Of a DNA stretch of 64,000 nucleotides, positions 26,353-39,700 are shown in pieces (positions within the stretch are counted from its first letter, which is position 1; the number at the start of each line of letters is the position of its first letter). Both the position numbers and the translations under genes were made by a program. Below the pieces are notes generated by a model. The model saw only the letters and a program-made list of their open reading frames with translations. It was not told where the DNA came from and did no database searches. The stretch is from Azolla caroliniana (Eukaryota > Plantae > Polypodiophyta), in NCBI GenBank assembly GCA_043228905.1, contig JBHGNT010000013.1, forward strand, positions 1,860,001 to 1,924,000. The letters run 5' to 3'.

Positions 26353-27987
26353 TGTAGGATCTTCACTAGGCAAAACCATTGTGTATCTTGTATTTAATGG
26401 AATTAAAAAGACTAGTTTCATCCATATTACAAACACAATGAGGATCATACTCAATGGCCTCACCTAAGCTTGAACCCAAGACCTTGTAATACATAATCAA
26501 GAACCCAACCATTAAGATAGCCTATGATCATATGAAATAATAAAGGCTACTTCTTGTAATACACTGATTATTGTAAATACTCAGGACCATTCTAGAACAT
26601 CTTAGAATATTCTAGGTCTAGAACATTATAGAAATCTCTAGGCTATTCTATAGGAACCTATACATAGACCCAACATACATGTATTCTCAAATCAATTCGA
26701 ATAAATACTAGTTTTAAGCTCTCATCGCCTATCTTGTATCCATTCTCATTCTAATTTAATACATTCATTCTTCTCTTATCATTTCATTCCTCTCTTCTTG
26801 TGATCTCGTTATATCTTTCTTTTGTCACTCTATCTTCTGTCTTGGTTCTGACAGTTTGATTCGAATTCCTCTCTCTCCTTTATCCTCCTCTATAAACATC
26901 AAGAAACCATGTCTGCCATTAACTCAGAAGAATATCTCACCCTTGTTGCTGAAATGGAGAATCTTAAATCCAAGTTCGCATCTCTTGAATTAGAGAATCA
27001 ACGTCTTCTTGGAGATCTACAAAAGGTTATTGTGGAGAAGCAACAACAACAAGAGGAGTTTACGCGACGGGTGCAACAACTAGAGACAACAATCGTAATT
27101 TTACAACATCCAAGGGGCGGAGGTCAAGGAATTATCAAGGAGCCCAAAATAAACCTTCTCGTTAAATTTGATGGTTCGAGGGCGCATTTCCGAGGTTTCT
27201 TGAATCAAGTGCGGTTCATAATTCAAATGCATCCCACATGTTATCCGATAGATGCATCTCGAGTTGGGTTAGTGGGAACCTTATTGACTGGCATAACGTT
27301 GTCGTGGTTTGCTCCATTACTAGAAACAAATTCTCTGCTACTCTATAATTTCAAAGAATTTGTCAAAGAATTTAAGGCTTGCTTTGGAGATACAGATGGG
27401 GCAAGAACAACGATCAACAAGTTTCGTACACTACGTCAAAGTGATAAGCCAACATTGACATATGCAGCCAATTTTTGTCTCATCGCAAGCGATATTCCTT
27501 GGGACGAACAAGCCCTAATTGAGCAGTTTCATTTCGGTCTTCTTAGCGATGTAAATGACTTACTTCTTACATTCCCCGAGGATCCAAAATATCTTACAGA
27601 AGCTATTAGTCGAGCAATACGGTGCGATAATCGTCTTTTTGAGCGTCAATGTGAACGACAAAAAATAACAAGATCAAGATTCACACCAACTTATGCTCGG
27701 TCTCGATGATCATATCTCACACTTCGGCTTGGAGATCCGACCTTTGACAATCAAAAGCAAATTCTCCTAGGACCATTAAAGCTACAAGCAACAACAGTTT
27801 ATGCCACTCCGCTTGAATCAAGCCTTGTGGATATTATTCGGCAACGACTTCACTCTGATGATTTCGCTAAGGATGTCTTAGCCCACATTAGTCCAAGCCA
27901 TGCATCTTGCTCGACATTGCAAGGGTCATCTCAACACTATTAGGAATTCAAATGCCATGATGTCTTACTCTTTTACAACAATCTCCT
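26353..27987 (+). mobile_element. Chromovirus family 2 remnant: 5' LTR (~26353-26853), truncated gag (26909-27700), deletion to the RH-INT linker, interrupted by Copia A
   Basis: Gag homologous to 21358-22509; SR*SYLTLRLGDPTFDNQKQILLGP linker; LTR ends GTTCTGACA. The left boundary is uncertain. Confidence 0.8.
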
Positions 27988-28000
27988 TGTGAAAGTTCCT

Positions 28001-31000
28001 TGTGAAAGTTAGCGTGCGGAAGCATATGCCAAACCGGCTCTACTGGATCGTAACAGTAAAGAGAAGAAGGTTTAATGGAAGCTTAACACAGAGAATAAGC
28101 ATGCACAAGAGAGAGAGAGAGAGAGCAAAACATAAAACTCTATTAAAAAATAACACTTTGTAACTCTGTACATAGAATGTGCTCAGAGAGCACTTTTATA
28201 CAAGTTCATAAAGGACTGACAAATGTACTGATGTGTACTTCAATGCTCATACGAGCGACTGTCACTGACTCCCAAGAATTTGCCTACATACTAGGTTGGA
28301 TCCATAGGCCTCTAACGGTCTACCTGTTTCAATTCGATCTGGCTCTCTGATTTGATTCCTGGGTTCGGATATCATCTAGACACCGATCCGGCTCTGGCTT
28401 ATTCAGTCGATCCGGATCTGGTTGAGCTTGCTCGCTCAACATTCCCCCTCAAGCTCAACTTGAGGTCGGATCGTGGTGTCAGTGTCTGCAGTAACCGGTC
28501 CTTTCCTCCGACTCATTCTAACGTCCTCCCGCCTTGCTCGCGCTTCTCATCCGGTTCGGTTTAGCTTACCGCGACCCGTTCGGTACTGCACACCTCGACC
28601 TCCTTGGTCGGCTTGTCTGCTCAACAGGCCCATTTCAACTCCTTCACTGCTATGACTCCGGCGTTTGTCGATCCATTGGTTCTTTCATGTCGGTGTCGAC
28701 TTCTGCTGCCTTCTCGTCCGCTTGGCTTTTAGTTGATCCGGCTTCTTCGAATCTTGAACCGAATTGGCTTCCTCCGATTCGTTCCAGGTCTTGTCTGAGT
28801 TGGTAGTCTCCAACTCATCTGCTCAACAGGCCCATTTCAACTCCTTCACTGCTATGACTCCGGCGTTTGTCGATCCATCGGTTCTTTCATGTCAGTGTCG
28901 ACTTCTGCTGCCTTCTCGTCCGCTTGGCTTTTAGTTGATCTGGCTTCTCCGAATCTTGAACCGAATTGGCTTCCTCCGATTCGTTCCAGGTCTTGTCCGA
29001 GTTGGTAGTCTCCAACTCATCTTCTGTTTTTAGGCCCTTCACCACATCAAACCACGTCCGGGTCTTGGCCTTCTTCCGATCAGCTTTGTCCTTCTTGACT
29101 CTACCGCCGCCGCCACTTGCTCCGACTTGTTCGGATGTGGTGACTCCTTCGGTCGGCTCGGGTTCCTTTATCTGCTCATCTCCCCCCTTGGTTCTTTCTT
29201 CTTCTCTGGGTCCTTGTCCGATGCCATCCGTTCCTGTTCCTGCTTTCCCCCTCAAGTGCGGCACATTGAGATGTGGAATGTCGAGCATCCCCGAAAAATG
29301 CTGCAACTTGTCTGATCTGAGCGGCTTGCTGAATATGTCGGCTACCTACCGATCCGTGTGAACATATCGAAGTTCAACTTCACCGCTCAAAACCTGCTCA
29401 CGCACAAAGTGATAGTGCACTTCTATGTGCTTCGCTCGAGCATGGAATACAGGGTTCTTGGCGAGCTGTATGCTGCTTACGTTGTCACAATAAATCAAGA
29501 GCGGGCTTGACACCTTGATCAGGAGGTCTCATAGGAGTCAGAGAAGCTAGATGGCTTCACTGGTGGCAATGGTGGCGCTCGGGTATTCAGCCTGAGTGCT
29601 CGACTGAGCTACTGTTGGTTGCTTTTTGCTGCTCAACACAACAACCGTGCTACCAAGAGAAAACATTTAACCGGAGGTTGATTGGCGATCCGTTGCATCA
29701 CCAGCCCAGTCGGCATCAGTATAACCGACTAGCTTCCCAGCTATACCGTGTCGGTATAACAGTCCCCGGTCCTTCGTGCCGTTAACATACCGAAGTATCT
29801 AGTGTGCGCACTAAAGGTGCTCGACGGTCGGCTTTTGCATGAACTGGCTGATCACTCTGACCGGGTAACTGATGTTGGGTCGAGTGATTGTCAAGTATAT
29901 GAGGTGATAACTAAATCATCAACATATAGTAGGATATAGACCGGACTGTTTAGACCTTTCCGAATGAACAATGACGAGTCAGACTTTGAGGTCGCAAACC
30001 CCATCTTACGCAACCGGTGCGTGATCTTCGCATTCCAAGCTCGGTGGGCTTGCTTCAGACCGTAAAACGACTTCTTGAGTCAAAATACTGTTGACTTGTT
30101 CATCTCCGATTGGAATACGGGGGCTTGGATCATATAGACCTGTTCTTCAAGGTCACCTTGAAGAAACACATTTCTCATGTCCATTTGGTGAAGATGTCAT
30201 CCCCTTACCGTAGCAACAACCAATACCACACGAACCGTCGTCATCTTCGCTACTGGAGCAAAGGTCTTATCGTAGTTGATTCCGTGGGTCTATGCGTATC
30301 CCTTTGCCACTAACCAGGCCTTGTACCGGTTGACTCAACCGTTAACATTGTACTTCACCTTATATACCCATTTGCAACCGATCGGTATACACTATCAGGG
30401 AGGGTCAACCAGGTCCCATGTATCGTTGGCATCAAGTACCCGCATTTCTTCCTCCATATTAGCATGGCAATTTGCGTCTTTTGCTGCTTCTGTGTAGCTT
30501 TCCGGCTGACGCACCTCCGCCACCTTAGTCATGTACGCATAGTGATGCACCATGTACTCATTGTACCCGTACCTCATGACGGTTTTCTTTTGACGAGTTG
30601 ACCGTCGTAACTTCTCGTTACCCGGTTTGAGACCCTTCTTGGCCGATTCAGACTTCCTTTTTGAAGTTCCACCTTCTTCCTTTTCGGGGTCAGATTTGTT
30701 CTGATCCGACCCTTCACTGCTAGTATCATATTCTGGCATCTTCTTCTTCCCCTTTTGTTTACGCGTGAACCGTCCCCTCTGTTCCTTGTGCGGGGAGAGC
30801 ACGACAGAGTCTCCACTACTCTCTGGTTCTTCATTCGACTGGTCATCCCGACTCAGCCACTTAGCCAGAATGAGATCAGACTCTCATCTAGAGTACCGAA
30901 TCCTTCATCTTCTTCTTGAACCTCTCTAGGTTAACTAGCCTCATCCTCCAGAATCGGGTCTTCATCGGGACTTGGAGTCAGTAGGAAGTACCATGATGCT

Positions 31001-33016
31001 GATTCATCAAACTCGACATCTCAACTTACTCGTACCTATTTAGTCTGGGGGTTATAACACTTATACCCCTTCTGCTTATGCGAGTAACCGACTAGGATGC
31101 ACTTCTCTAACTTCGGATCTAGCTTCCTACGCTTCTCATCTGGTACATGCAAATATGCTATGCTATCGAGGATTCGAAGGTTCCTCAAATTCGGCTTTTG
31201 CTCGAAATACAGCTCATGTGCCGACACCTCGTCCTCGATCCGGTTTTGGATGTAGAACCACCTCAGCCTAGTAGAATTTGGGCATGCGTTTCTCCTCCTG
31301 TATTGCCCTTGCAGCATCGACAATCGATCGATTCTTTCTCTCGGCCACACCGTTTTGGTCCGGTGTGTATCGACAACAGAATTCTCTCTGAATTTTGTTC
31401 TATTGCAGATAACAGTTGAATTGGCCGGAAAACTATTCTTTTCCGCCATCCGACCGTAGGCACTTGATATTGCTCTTCGTTTCCCTTTCGACTAACGTTT
31501 GAAGGTTCTGGAAACAATCGAAGATTTCACTTTTCTTCTCGATGAGGTAGATCCACGTGTGCTAGTTGTAGTCGTCGATGAAGGAGACGAAATACTGACT
31601 CCCGCCAAGACTAACGTTCTGTGCCGGTCCCCATACATCCGAATGGATTAGATCGAGCTTGTGACGGCTCCGGTTTTGTTCGATGGGGAATGGAAGCCGA
31701 TGTTGCTTCCCGAGTTGGCAGGCTTCACATTTTTGGGCCTTCCGACCACTAAACTATGGCTATCTGAACACAACTTGTTTTGATTGCAGATCTTTGAAGC
31801 CTCTGGTAGTTGACATGGCTGATCTACTTATGCCAGAGATTGATGTTCGATTCAATCTTCTATCCTTTGGCAAACATGGCGGTGTCGACATCATTTGTGT
31901 TGAGGATGAACATCCTCCCTTCTTTGTGCCTTTGCGCGATTATCCGCCCATCTTCCTCGATGAAGCACCCGAGGTGCGTAAACCACACCTGCATTCCCTG
32001 GTCGACTATTTGTTTGACCGATACCAGGTTCTTTGTCATAGTCGGAACGTGTAATACGTTCATCAGCTTTCCCTTTTGTCCAACATGGCTTAAAGGGACT
32101 TCACTGACATGCACAATCGGGTGAGGGCTGTCGTCTCCGGTTTTGACGATTCCTTGTTGTTCCGGTTTCTCCAAAAACGAGAAGTACTCTTTGTGGCCGC
32201 CTCCGTGTACAACATCCGACTACCTGATTGAGTGGTCCTCGATCCACTTGCGTGGTTTTCTTCGACCATCAACATTGATTGTAAGTCGAAGAAGGACAAT
32301 GGTTTCTCCCGGGTGCAAATTGCCTTCCGGATTGGCCCGTACCGTTGTGCTAGACCACTAAGATAGATCTGGACCATCTCATCTTCGTCCACCGTCACAT
32401 TGATGGACCCGAGCGCGTCACAAATCTCCTTTATCTTAGTGGTATAGTCCGTAACCAACATATCACTTTGCCAGATGTTGTTTAGCTCTTGTCGGAGCTG
32501 CAACTTACGAGCTGTGGTATTTGTGGTGAAAATCTTTCGAAGATTTTCCTAGGCCTCCTTTGGCATTTGTGCATCCTTGATGTAGCCGAGCATCTAATCA
32601 TGCACACCGGACGCGAGGCTGTACAATACTCGGGTCGCTCCTTGGTCCCATGCCGGGAAATCTATGTGTGCCGGCTCTGGTGCTACCTCGTTGGTTCCTT
32701 CCACATAGCTCCAATATCCATGCCCCAACAGGTATTGGTGCATTTTATATGACCAAGATGCATAGTTGCTCTGGTCGAGCTTTTCTATCGGAAGTGAACT
32801 GGCCATTCCTTTGTCCATCTTAGGTTCTTTTCTGTTCTTCACTGGGTGTTAGGGTTTTTCTTCACTAGTCGCTTGTCGGCTGCAGAGGTTCTTAACCCTT
32901 GCGCTCTGATACTATGTGAAAGTTAGCGTGCGGAAGTTGCCAAACCGGCTCTGCTGGATAGTAACAGTAAAGAGAAGAAGGTTTAATGGAAGCTTAACAC
33001 AGAGAATAAGCATACG

Positions 33017-33075
<59 letters not shown>
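28001..33075 (-). mobile_element. Ty1/Copia element A, degenerate; 3' LTR 28001-28441, truncated 5' LTR from 32915
   Basis: Matching LTR ends TGTGAAAGTTAGCGTGCGGAAG; PPT complement CCCCCTCAAG; mutated tRNA-iMet PBS (TAGTATCAGAGC, 32903-32914); gag-INT-RT-RH order; deletion of the zinc knuckle and protease active site near 32197. Confidence 0.9.
28616..29022. repeat. 202-bp tandem duplication in the 3' part of Copia A
   Basis: TCTGCTCAACAGGCCCATTTC starts at 28616 and 28818; near-identical units. Confidence 0.9.
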
Positions 33076-33078
<3 letters not shown>

Positions 33079-33100
33079 ACATCTGGGAGACAGTGTATTG

Positions 33101-33789
33101 CTCAAGTGCTAGCAAATGATCATTTTATGTTTTTGGGAGGTACATGTAATAATGTTACAAAAGCTACAAAGGTTTGGGAATTGTTTTCTCTTGCATTAGG
33201 ATTAAAGATTAATATGCATAAATCAGTTCTTATTTCATGTATTGAGCAAAATATATTGGAGCTTGGTTGGATAGGAAAGGTTGTTAATCGTGGGGAAATT
33301 TTTCGACACTTGGGTTACCCTATTGGAGTAGAAGTTTCACATGTTAAACTAGTTGATAGTCGAGAAAGATTGAAAATAAGTTCATCTATTGGAGACCTCA
33401 GTCATGGCCATTTCATATAAGGGTTAAAGTTGTGCAATCCATTATGATACCCATGGTTTGTTATTATCTTCCATTGTTGCCATGGTCTAAGAAGGCTGTT
33501 GAAAAGGTTACCCAATCCATGCGTTCATTATTATGGGATAAAAAAGGGAAACATGGCATTTCTTGGTTGGCATGGGATCATATTTGTACTCCAAAACGGC
33601 TTGGTGGAGCAACATTATTGAATGTATATGAGCCTATGGTAGCTCGGAGGTTTTCATTACTCATTTTTATGTTTACAAACACACAACCATGGATAGAAAT
33701 GGTGATTTTCTTTATTGAGATAATTCGCATCAAGTTTGGCAATGTAAGAGTAGAAACACATTGGTGGAATGTAGTCAACTCTGAAAGGC
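33101..33789 (+). mobile_element. LINE ORF2 fragment (post-RT region)
   Basis: LANDH...GLKINMHKS...RHLGYPIG; WLAWDHICTPKRLGG. Confidence 0.8.
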
Positions 33790-36700
33790 CTGACAATTGG
33801 GCTGACACAAGTACTGACAGTACTTGACACTCATAAATGAGCCTACTACACTAACCCCCAAAATTATTCCTTTACGAGGAATAATGCTCTAACGGCCTGT
33901 TCGGTTTTGACACCGATGCGGCCTTGTTGTGCGTACTTTTTCACGCACTAGTCTACGCACTGGGTTACGTTGCGTACTTCACATCGAATGTTGAGCTTGT
34001 CTCTCAACACTCCCCCTCAAGCTCAACTTGAGGTTCCACTTACTCCGCCGAATCTACGCTCTGGTATCTTCTGGCTTCACACCTTGCTCGCGCTCGACCC
34101 GTTCGATTCCGTGCGCCTCGACCATTTCGGTCGGCTTGTCTGCTCACACGGCCCTTCTCAGCTTCCTTGCTGTTGCGGTGTTGGCACCTCTTCTGCTGCC
34201 TTCTCTTCCGCTTGGCCCTTGGTTGATTCAGCGAATCCGAATCAAACATCCGAACCGACTCGGCTTCCTCCGATCGGTTTTTGCTCTTGTCCGAGTTGGC
34301 TGTCTCCAGCTCATCTTCAGTCTTCTCGCCCTTGATGGCTTCATCTCTCCCATGCTTGGCTGGCTTCAGCTCTTTCATATGGCTGCTCCCCTTGTGTCTG
34401 CTTTCGGACTCTTCCGCGGATCCTCCCTCGGCTTCTTCAGGCGATCCGAAATCGAATTCGTCATCCGACTCGGCTTCGCGGTCTTTCGGAGTTTCTCTCA
34501 CCTTTGGGACGCCTCTCCCCCTCGTGTGGTCATTCAAGACATCTCTCCCCCTCAAGTTCGGCGTGTCGAGGTGACGCAACCCAAGTGCACCCGAGAAATG
34601 CCGTAACTTGTTGAGACCAAGAGGTTTTGTGAAGATGTCGGCAATCTGTTGATCAGTCGAAACATGCACCAATTCGACTTCACCGGAGAGGACACGCTCA
34701 CGGACAAAATGGTAGTGCACCTCAATGTGCTTGGTCTGGGTGTGGAATACGGGGTTCTTCGCTAGGTGGATACTGCCAAGGTTGTCACAATAGATCGTCG
34801 TCAGATCAGACACCTCTACCTGCAGATCCCGTAATAGCCGTTTTAGCCAAATGACTTCGCACGCAGCGATAGTCGCCCCTCGATACTCGGGCTTCGTGCT
34901 CGATAGTGCTACTGTCGGTTGCTTCTTACCGCTCCATGCGATCGCTGCACTTCCCAATGAGAATGCGTATCTAGATGTGGATTTACGATCACTAGCGTGT
35001 CCAACCCAATCGGCATCCGTGTAGCCGACTAACTGTTCGGCTACGCCTGCCCGATAAAATAACGCCATGTCTTTCATGTCGCTTGTTGGGGAACAAGGTT
35101 GTCAGTGTGGAAGAACAAACAACATTCGTGATGGTGAAGAACCTGTGTATGCGAATGAACAAGATACACACAATGAGAGAGAGAGAGAGAGATAGGCACA
35201 AAGAAATGGTTTATTTCTTAATAACAACAATTACAAAATGACAACAACAACAACAACGACCTTAACTAAAGGTTACAAAGTCACTTTATATAGTGACTGT
35301 CCTAGGGCAACCGCCCTTTATGCTATTTACTGAAATAGCCCAAATTTGGGTTGTCCAAAGGGACAATGTGAATACGACCATTTTACACTCGGCCTTTATT
35401 GGTTCGGAGACATTTTAGTTTTTGACCGGTCTGGTTTTAGACCATTGCAAGCCATTCGGAGAAGATCGAGAACACCCGATCTTTGGTTCTAATGGGGTAA
35501 GCCCACACCTTTCGAGTTGAGTCGTCAATAAAACTAACGAAGTACGAAGCACCGCCGAGAGACTGATGTGGCATCGGGCCACAGACGTCCGAGTGGACCA
35601 AATTGAGGGGACTCGATTTTCTTGGTTCTGATGTCGGGTGTGATGCGGCTACCTGTTTGCCATACTGGCAATGCTCGCAGAATTGGTGATCTGAGAAGGA
35701 GAGTTTGGGGATGTAACCGGCTCTGGATAAGTGCGTTATGCCGGCTTTGCTGAGGTGTCCAAGTCGTCCGTGCCATAACGATGACACGGGGATATCAACC
35801 AAAAATAAGTCACCCTCTTTGAGTGTGACATATAAAGGGTACAAGGAATGTACCTTTGGTCCTTGAGCAAGCAAGAGGTTCCCTTTGTGGAGTGTCCACC
35901 CTCCTGATAAGAATCTGGCACAGATGCCAGCTTCGTCAAGCTGTCCGACTGAGATCAAGGGACTTGAGAGCTCAGGAACGCGTCAGACGTTGTGTAGAGC
36001 CACCCGGAAGGTTGAGCTCTATGGTGCCGTTTCCGATTATAGCACAATTCTGCGAGTTTCCGACTCGAACTGAGTCGGAGTGCCGCTTCGAGTATTGCCG
36101 AAACTGAGATCGGTGAGGTGTCACATGATACGATGCGCCCGAGTCCAGGAGCCATGTGCTCAATTCCTCAGTTGTAATCAGAACTTCTTATTCGACTGGG
36201 TTCTCTATGGACAATATGTTCTGGTTGGTCGTCAAAATTTCGGCTGAAGAGCCGACGTAGTTGACATCCTCATGCCGGCTACTCTTCCGTCCACTCTCTG
36301 AACTTTGTTGGTTTTTGCTTTGAGTGCCCGACAATCGGCTTTGATGTGTCCCAGTTTCTTGCAGTAGTTGCAGATTCGGTTGTCTCGGGACTTGCTCCGG
36401 CTTCGCTGATTGTTCGGAGGTCGGGAAGAACTTCTTCTCCGGTTGTTTGATTAGTTGGTCGAACCTTGTACTACGTAAGCTTCATCTGTCGAGTCTTTGG
36501 CGAAAGACTTTCTCCGAGCTGCTTCAGTCAGGATTGCGCTCGTGATTTCGGAGTACTTAATGGCAGTTGTTGAAGCATTGCACATGGTTGTGACGAAAGT
36601 TTCCCAAGAAAAGGGGAGACTACTCATGAGTATCATTGCTCTGAGTTCATCCTCTATTGCCGTCCCCTGAGACGATATTTGGGAGCTTAGGCTTTCGTAC

Positions 36701-39700
36701 TTGTTGAGGTGTGCCTGAACCGAATCAGATTCTTTCATCTGCAAGTTGTAGAGGCGCTGGATCAGATACATCTTCGTTGCGGCGACCTTCTTTTCATAAG
36801 TTTCTGACAGTGTTTTCCAAAGTTCGAAAGTTGTCGTGCATGATTGCACTGTGAAGTACACTAACTCCGACAAGTGCATCCGAATCGTGGCACGGAGGAT
36901 TCTGTCCTGCTTTGGCCACTCGTTTGCCTTGTATGCTTCTGGAGGATTTTCATTCTCAATCGGGTCTATTTGACCCTTGACTATGAGATAGTCTTGCATT
37001 TGTTCCTTCCAGAAGTTGAAGTTCGAACCGTCGAATCTCCTTAGACTCATCTTCGATGAGCCAGATGTTGATTCCATCTGCTTCGGTTTCGGTTGGTAAG
37101 CCTCGGTTCGAAGTTGACTACGAACCTTAGTGGGGTGCAACCGGTCGACTCACCCGATATCTTTCTAGTTGGTTTTGAACCCGAGTCGGTTTGGTTTCAG
37201 ATACTTGTTGCAGAACTTGCTCGGAGCGACTCCGGTAACTTGAGGGACAAAATCGGTTGGTCCTCCTGAATGTTGCTGAGTCGGAGTGAGCCTGGTTAGC
37301 TTCCGATTGTATGCCAAATACCGATTACAAGAAATCGTTTGTTTGGGTCGATTCTGCTTCGGGAGACTGCAACAATGAGAGGGATGGATCCAACTGATCC
37401 TCCCGAATGTCGATCAGCCGATTGAAGCACGAATTTGGTTGTTGCCAGGAGACCAATCTGCAACGGGTGGTTACAACAAGTGAGTGAATAGCGTCCGGTG
37501 ACCTATTCGGATGTCGTTTAACCGAATGAAGCACAATTGGGTCGAGTGTTGCACAGGGAGCACGCCTCAAGTGGTTATAATCACAGGAACAGAGTACAAC
37601 CGACTAGCTTACTCCAATTAGTGATTTAATATAGTGAGAGGCAAACTTCTTGTTTGTCTTCTCTCTTCTCTGTTCTTCAAGGAGTTACATAAAACAGAAT
37701 GTTGTGGTGTATGATGACGACCGGCAACGGGTTGAAGAACCTCCAACGCTCTGATACCAAATGTTGGGGAACAAGGTCGTCAGTGCAGAAGAACAAACAA
37801 CATTCGTGATGGTGAAGAACCTATGTATGCGAATGACCAAGATACAGAGAGAGAGAGAGAGAGATAGGCACAAAGAAACGGTTTATTTCTTAATAACAAC
37901 AATTACAAAAGGACAACAACAACAACGACCTTCACTAAAGGTTACAAAGTCACTTTATATAGTGACTGTCCTAGGGCAACTGCCCTTTATGCTATTTACA
38001 AAACTAGCCCAAACTTGGGTTGTTCAAAGTGACAGTGTGAATACGGCCATATACACTCGCATTCGACACCGCTGACATAACGTAGTTTCCGTTGTGCGCA
38101 CTGAAAGTTTTCGGCCATAGGCTGCGACATGAATTGACTGATTAAGCCGACCGGGTAGCTAAGATCCGACCGAGTAATCATCAAATAGATAAGGCTCCTG
38201 ACAATCTGTTGGAATAGTGTTGGGTCGCATGCCTTGCCCGAAGCTGGGCGAAGCTTCATGTTTCTATATAGAGGGGTCGAGATGGGCTTACAGTTTGCCA
38301 TCCCGAACTTGAAGAGCACATTTAGCGCGTAATGACGCTGGCGGATCAATATGCCTTCGGGGGTACGGATCACTTAGATCCTGAGAAAGTAATGAAGGTC
38401 TCTGAGATCCTTCATTTCAAACAATGCCGTGAGCTGAGACTTCACGCGGCGGATTTCATCAAGGTCGGCACCGGCGATGACTAAATCATCAACGTACAAG
38501 AGCAGGCTGACCGGTCCATATTGTCCTTACCGAACAAATAGAGAAGAGTCTGATTTCGACGGCGCAAACCCCATCCTACGCAATTGTTGCGTAATCTTTG
38601 CGTTCCAAGCTCGCGGGGCTTGCTTTAGTCCGTATAAGGACTTCTTCAATCGGCAAGCTGCCGAGGTGTTTTGTTCGGATAGAAATCTGGGGGGCTATAC
38701 CATGTACACCTGCTCCTTAAGATCACCTTGCAGGAACATGTTCTTTACATCCATCTGATGTAAGTGCCAACCCTTTGCCGCGGCTACGACTAGTAGGACT
38801 CGCACGGTAGTCATCTTCGCGACAGGTGCGAAGGTCTCGTCATAGTCCACGCTGTGCTTCTGTGCGTAACCTTTCGCTACTAAACGGGCCTTGTAGCGGT
38901 TGACAGATCCATCGGTGTTGTATTTCACCTTATACACCCATCTGCATCCGATCGGCTTCACACCTTTCGGTGTGTCAACCAAGTCCCAGGTTTCATTTTC
39001 CGCCAATGTGCGCATCTCTTCCTCCATTGTGGCACGCCAGTTCGCGTCTTTCGCCTCTTCTGCGTAGCTCTCCGGCTTACACACTTCTGCCACTCGTGTC
39101 ATGTACGCGTAATGGTGTGCCATGTACTCATTATACTCGTATCTCTTTACGGGGTTCTTCTAGTGGGAAGATCGGCGTAATTCGTGATTACCCGATTTCG
39201 TGACCTTTTCGGTCGATTTCGACCTCTTCCGTGGAGGTTCCTTCTCGACTGGCTCGAGGTCAAATTTAGTTCGAACTGACTCGACACTACCGAAATCATA
39301 TTCCGGCGTCTTCTGCTTCCCCTTCTCTTTGCACATAAACCGTCTCCTCGGTTCTTTACGTGGGGACAACACGACCGAGTCTCCACTACTCACCGTCTCA
39401 TCATCTGGTTGGTCACCTCGGCCCAACAACTCATTTGGCCCGCTTAGCTGAAATGAGATCGGACTCTCTCTCAGAACTCCGATTTCTTCATTGTGCGCAG
39501 GCATTTTAGCCTCGCTGATTTCTTCTTCAGAAATCGGATTGGAGGTGAGGTCAGGAGTTAGAGGCAAGTACTAGCACGCGGACTCGTCAAACACAACGTC
39601 GTGGCTCACGCACGCTTGTTTGGTGCGTGGGTTGTAACACTTATAACCCTTCTGCTCGTCCGGATAGCCGACCAAGATACACTTCTCGGCTTTCGCGTCT

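Noticed and set aside
34028-34606. 192-aa plus-strand ORF and other ORFs antisense to retroelement genes (e.g. 58230-58748)
   Set aside because: Shadows of the coding strand with no recognisable domains.
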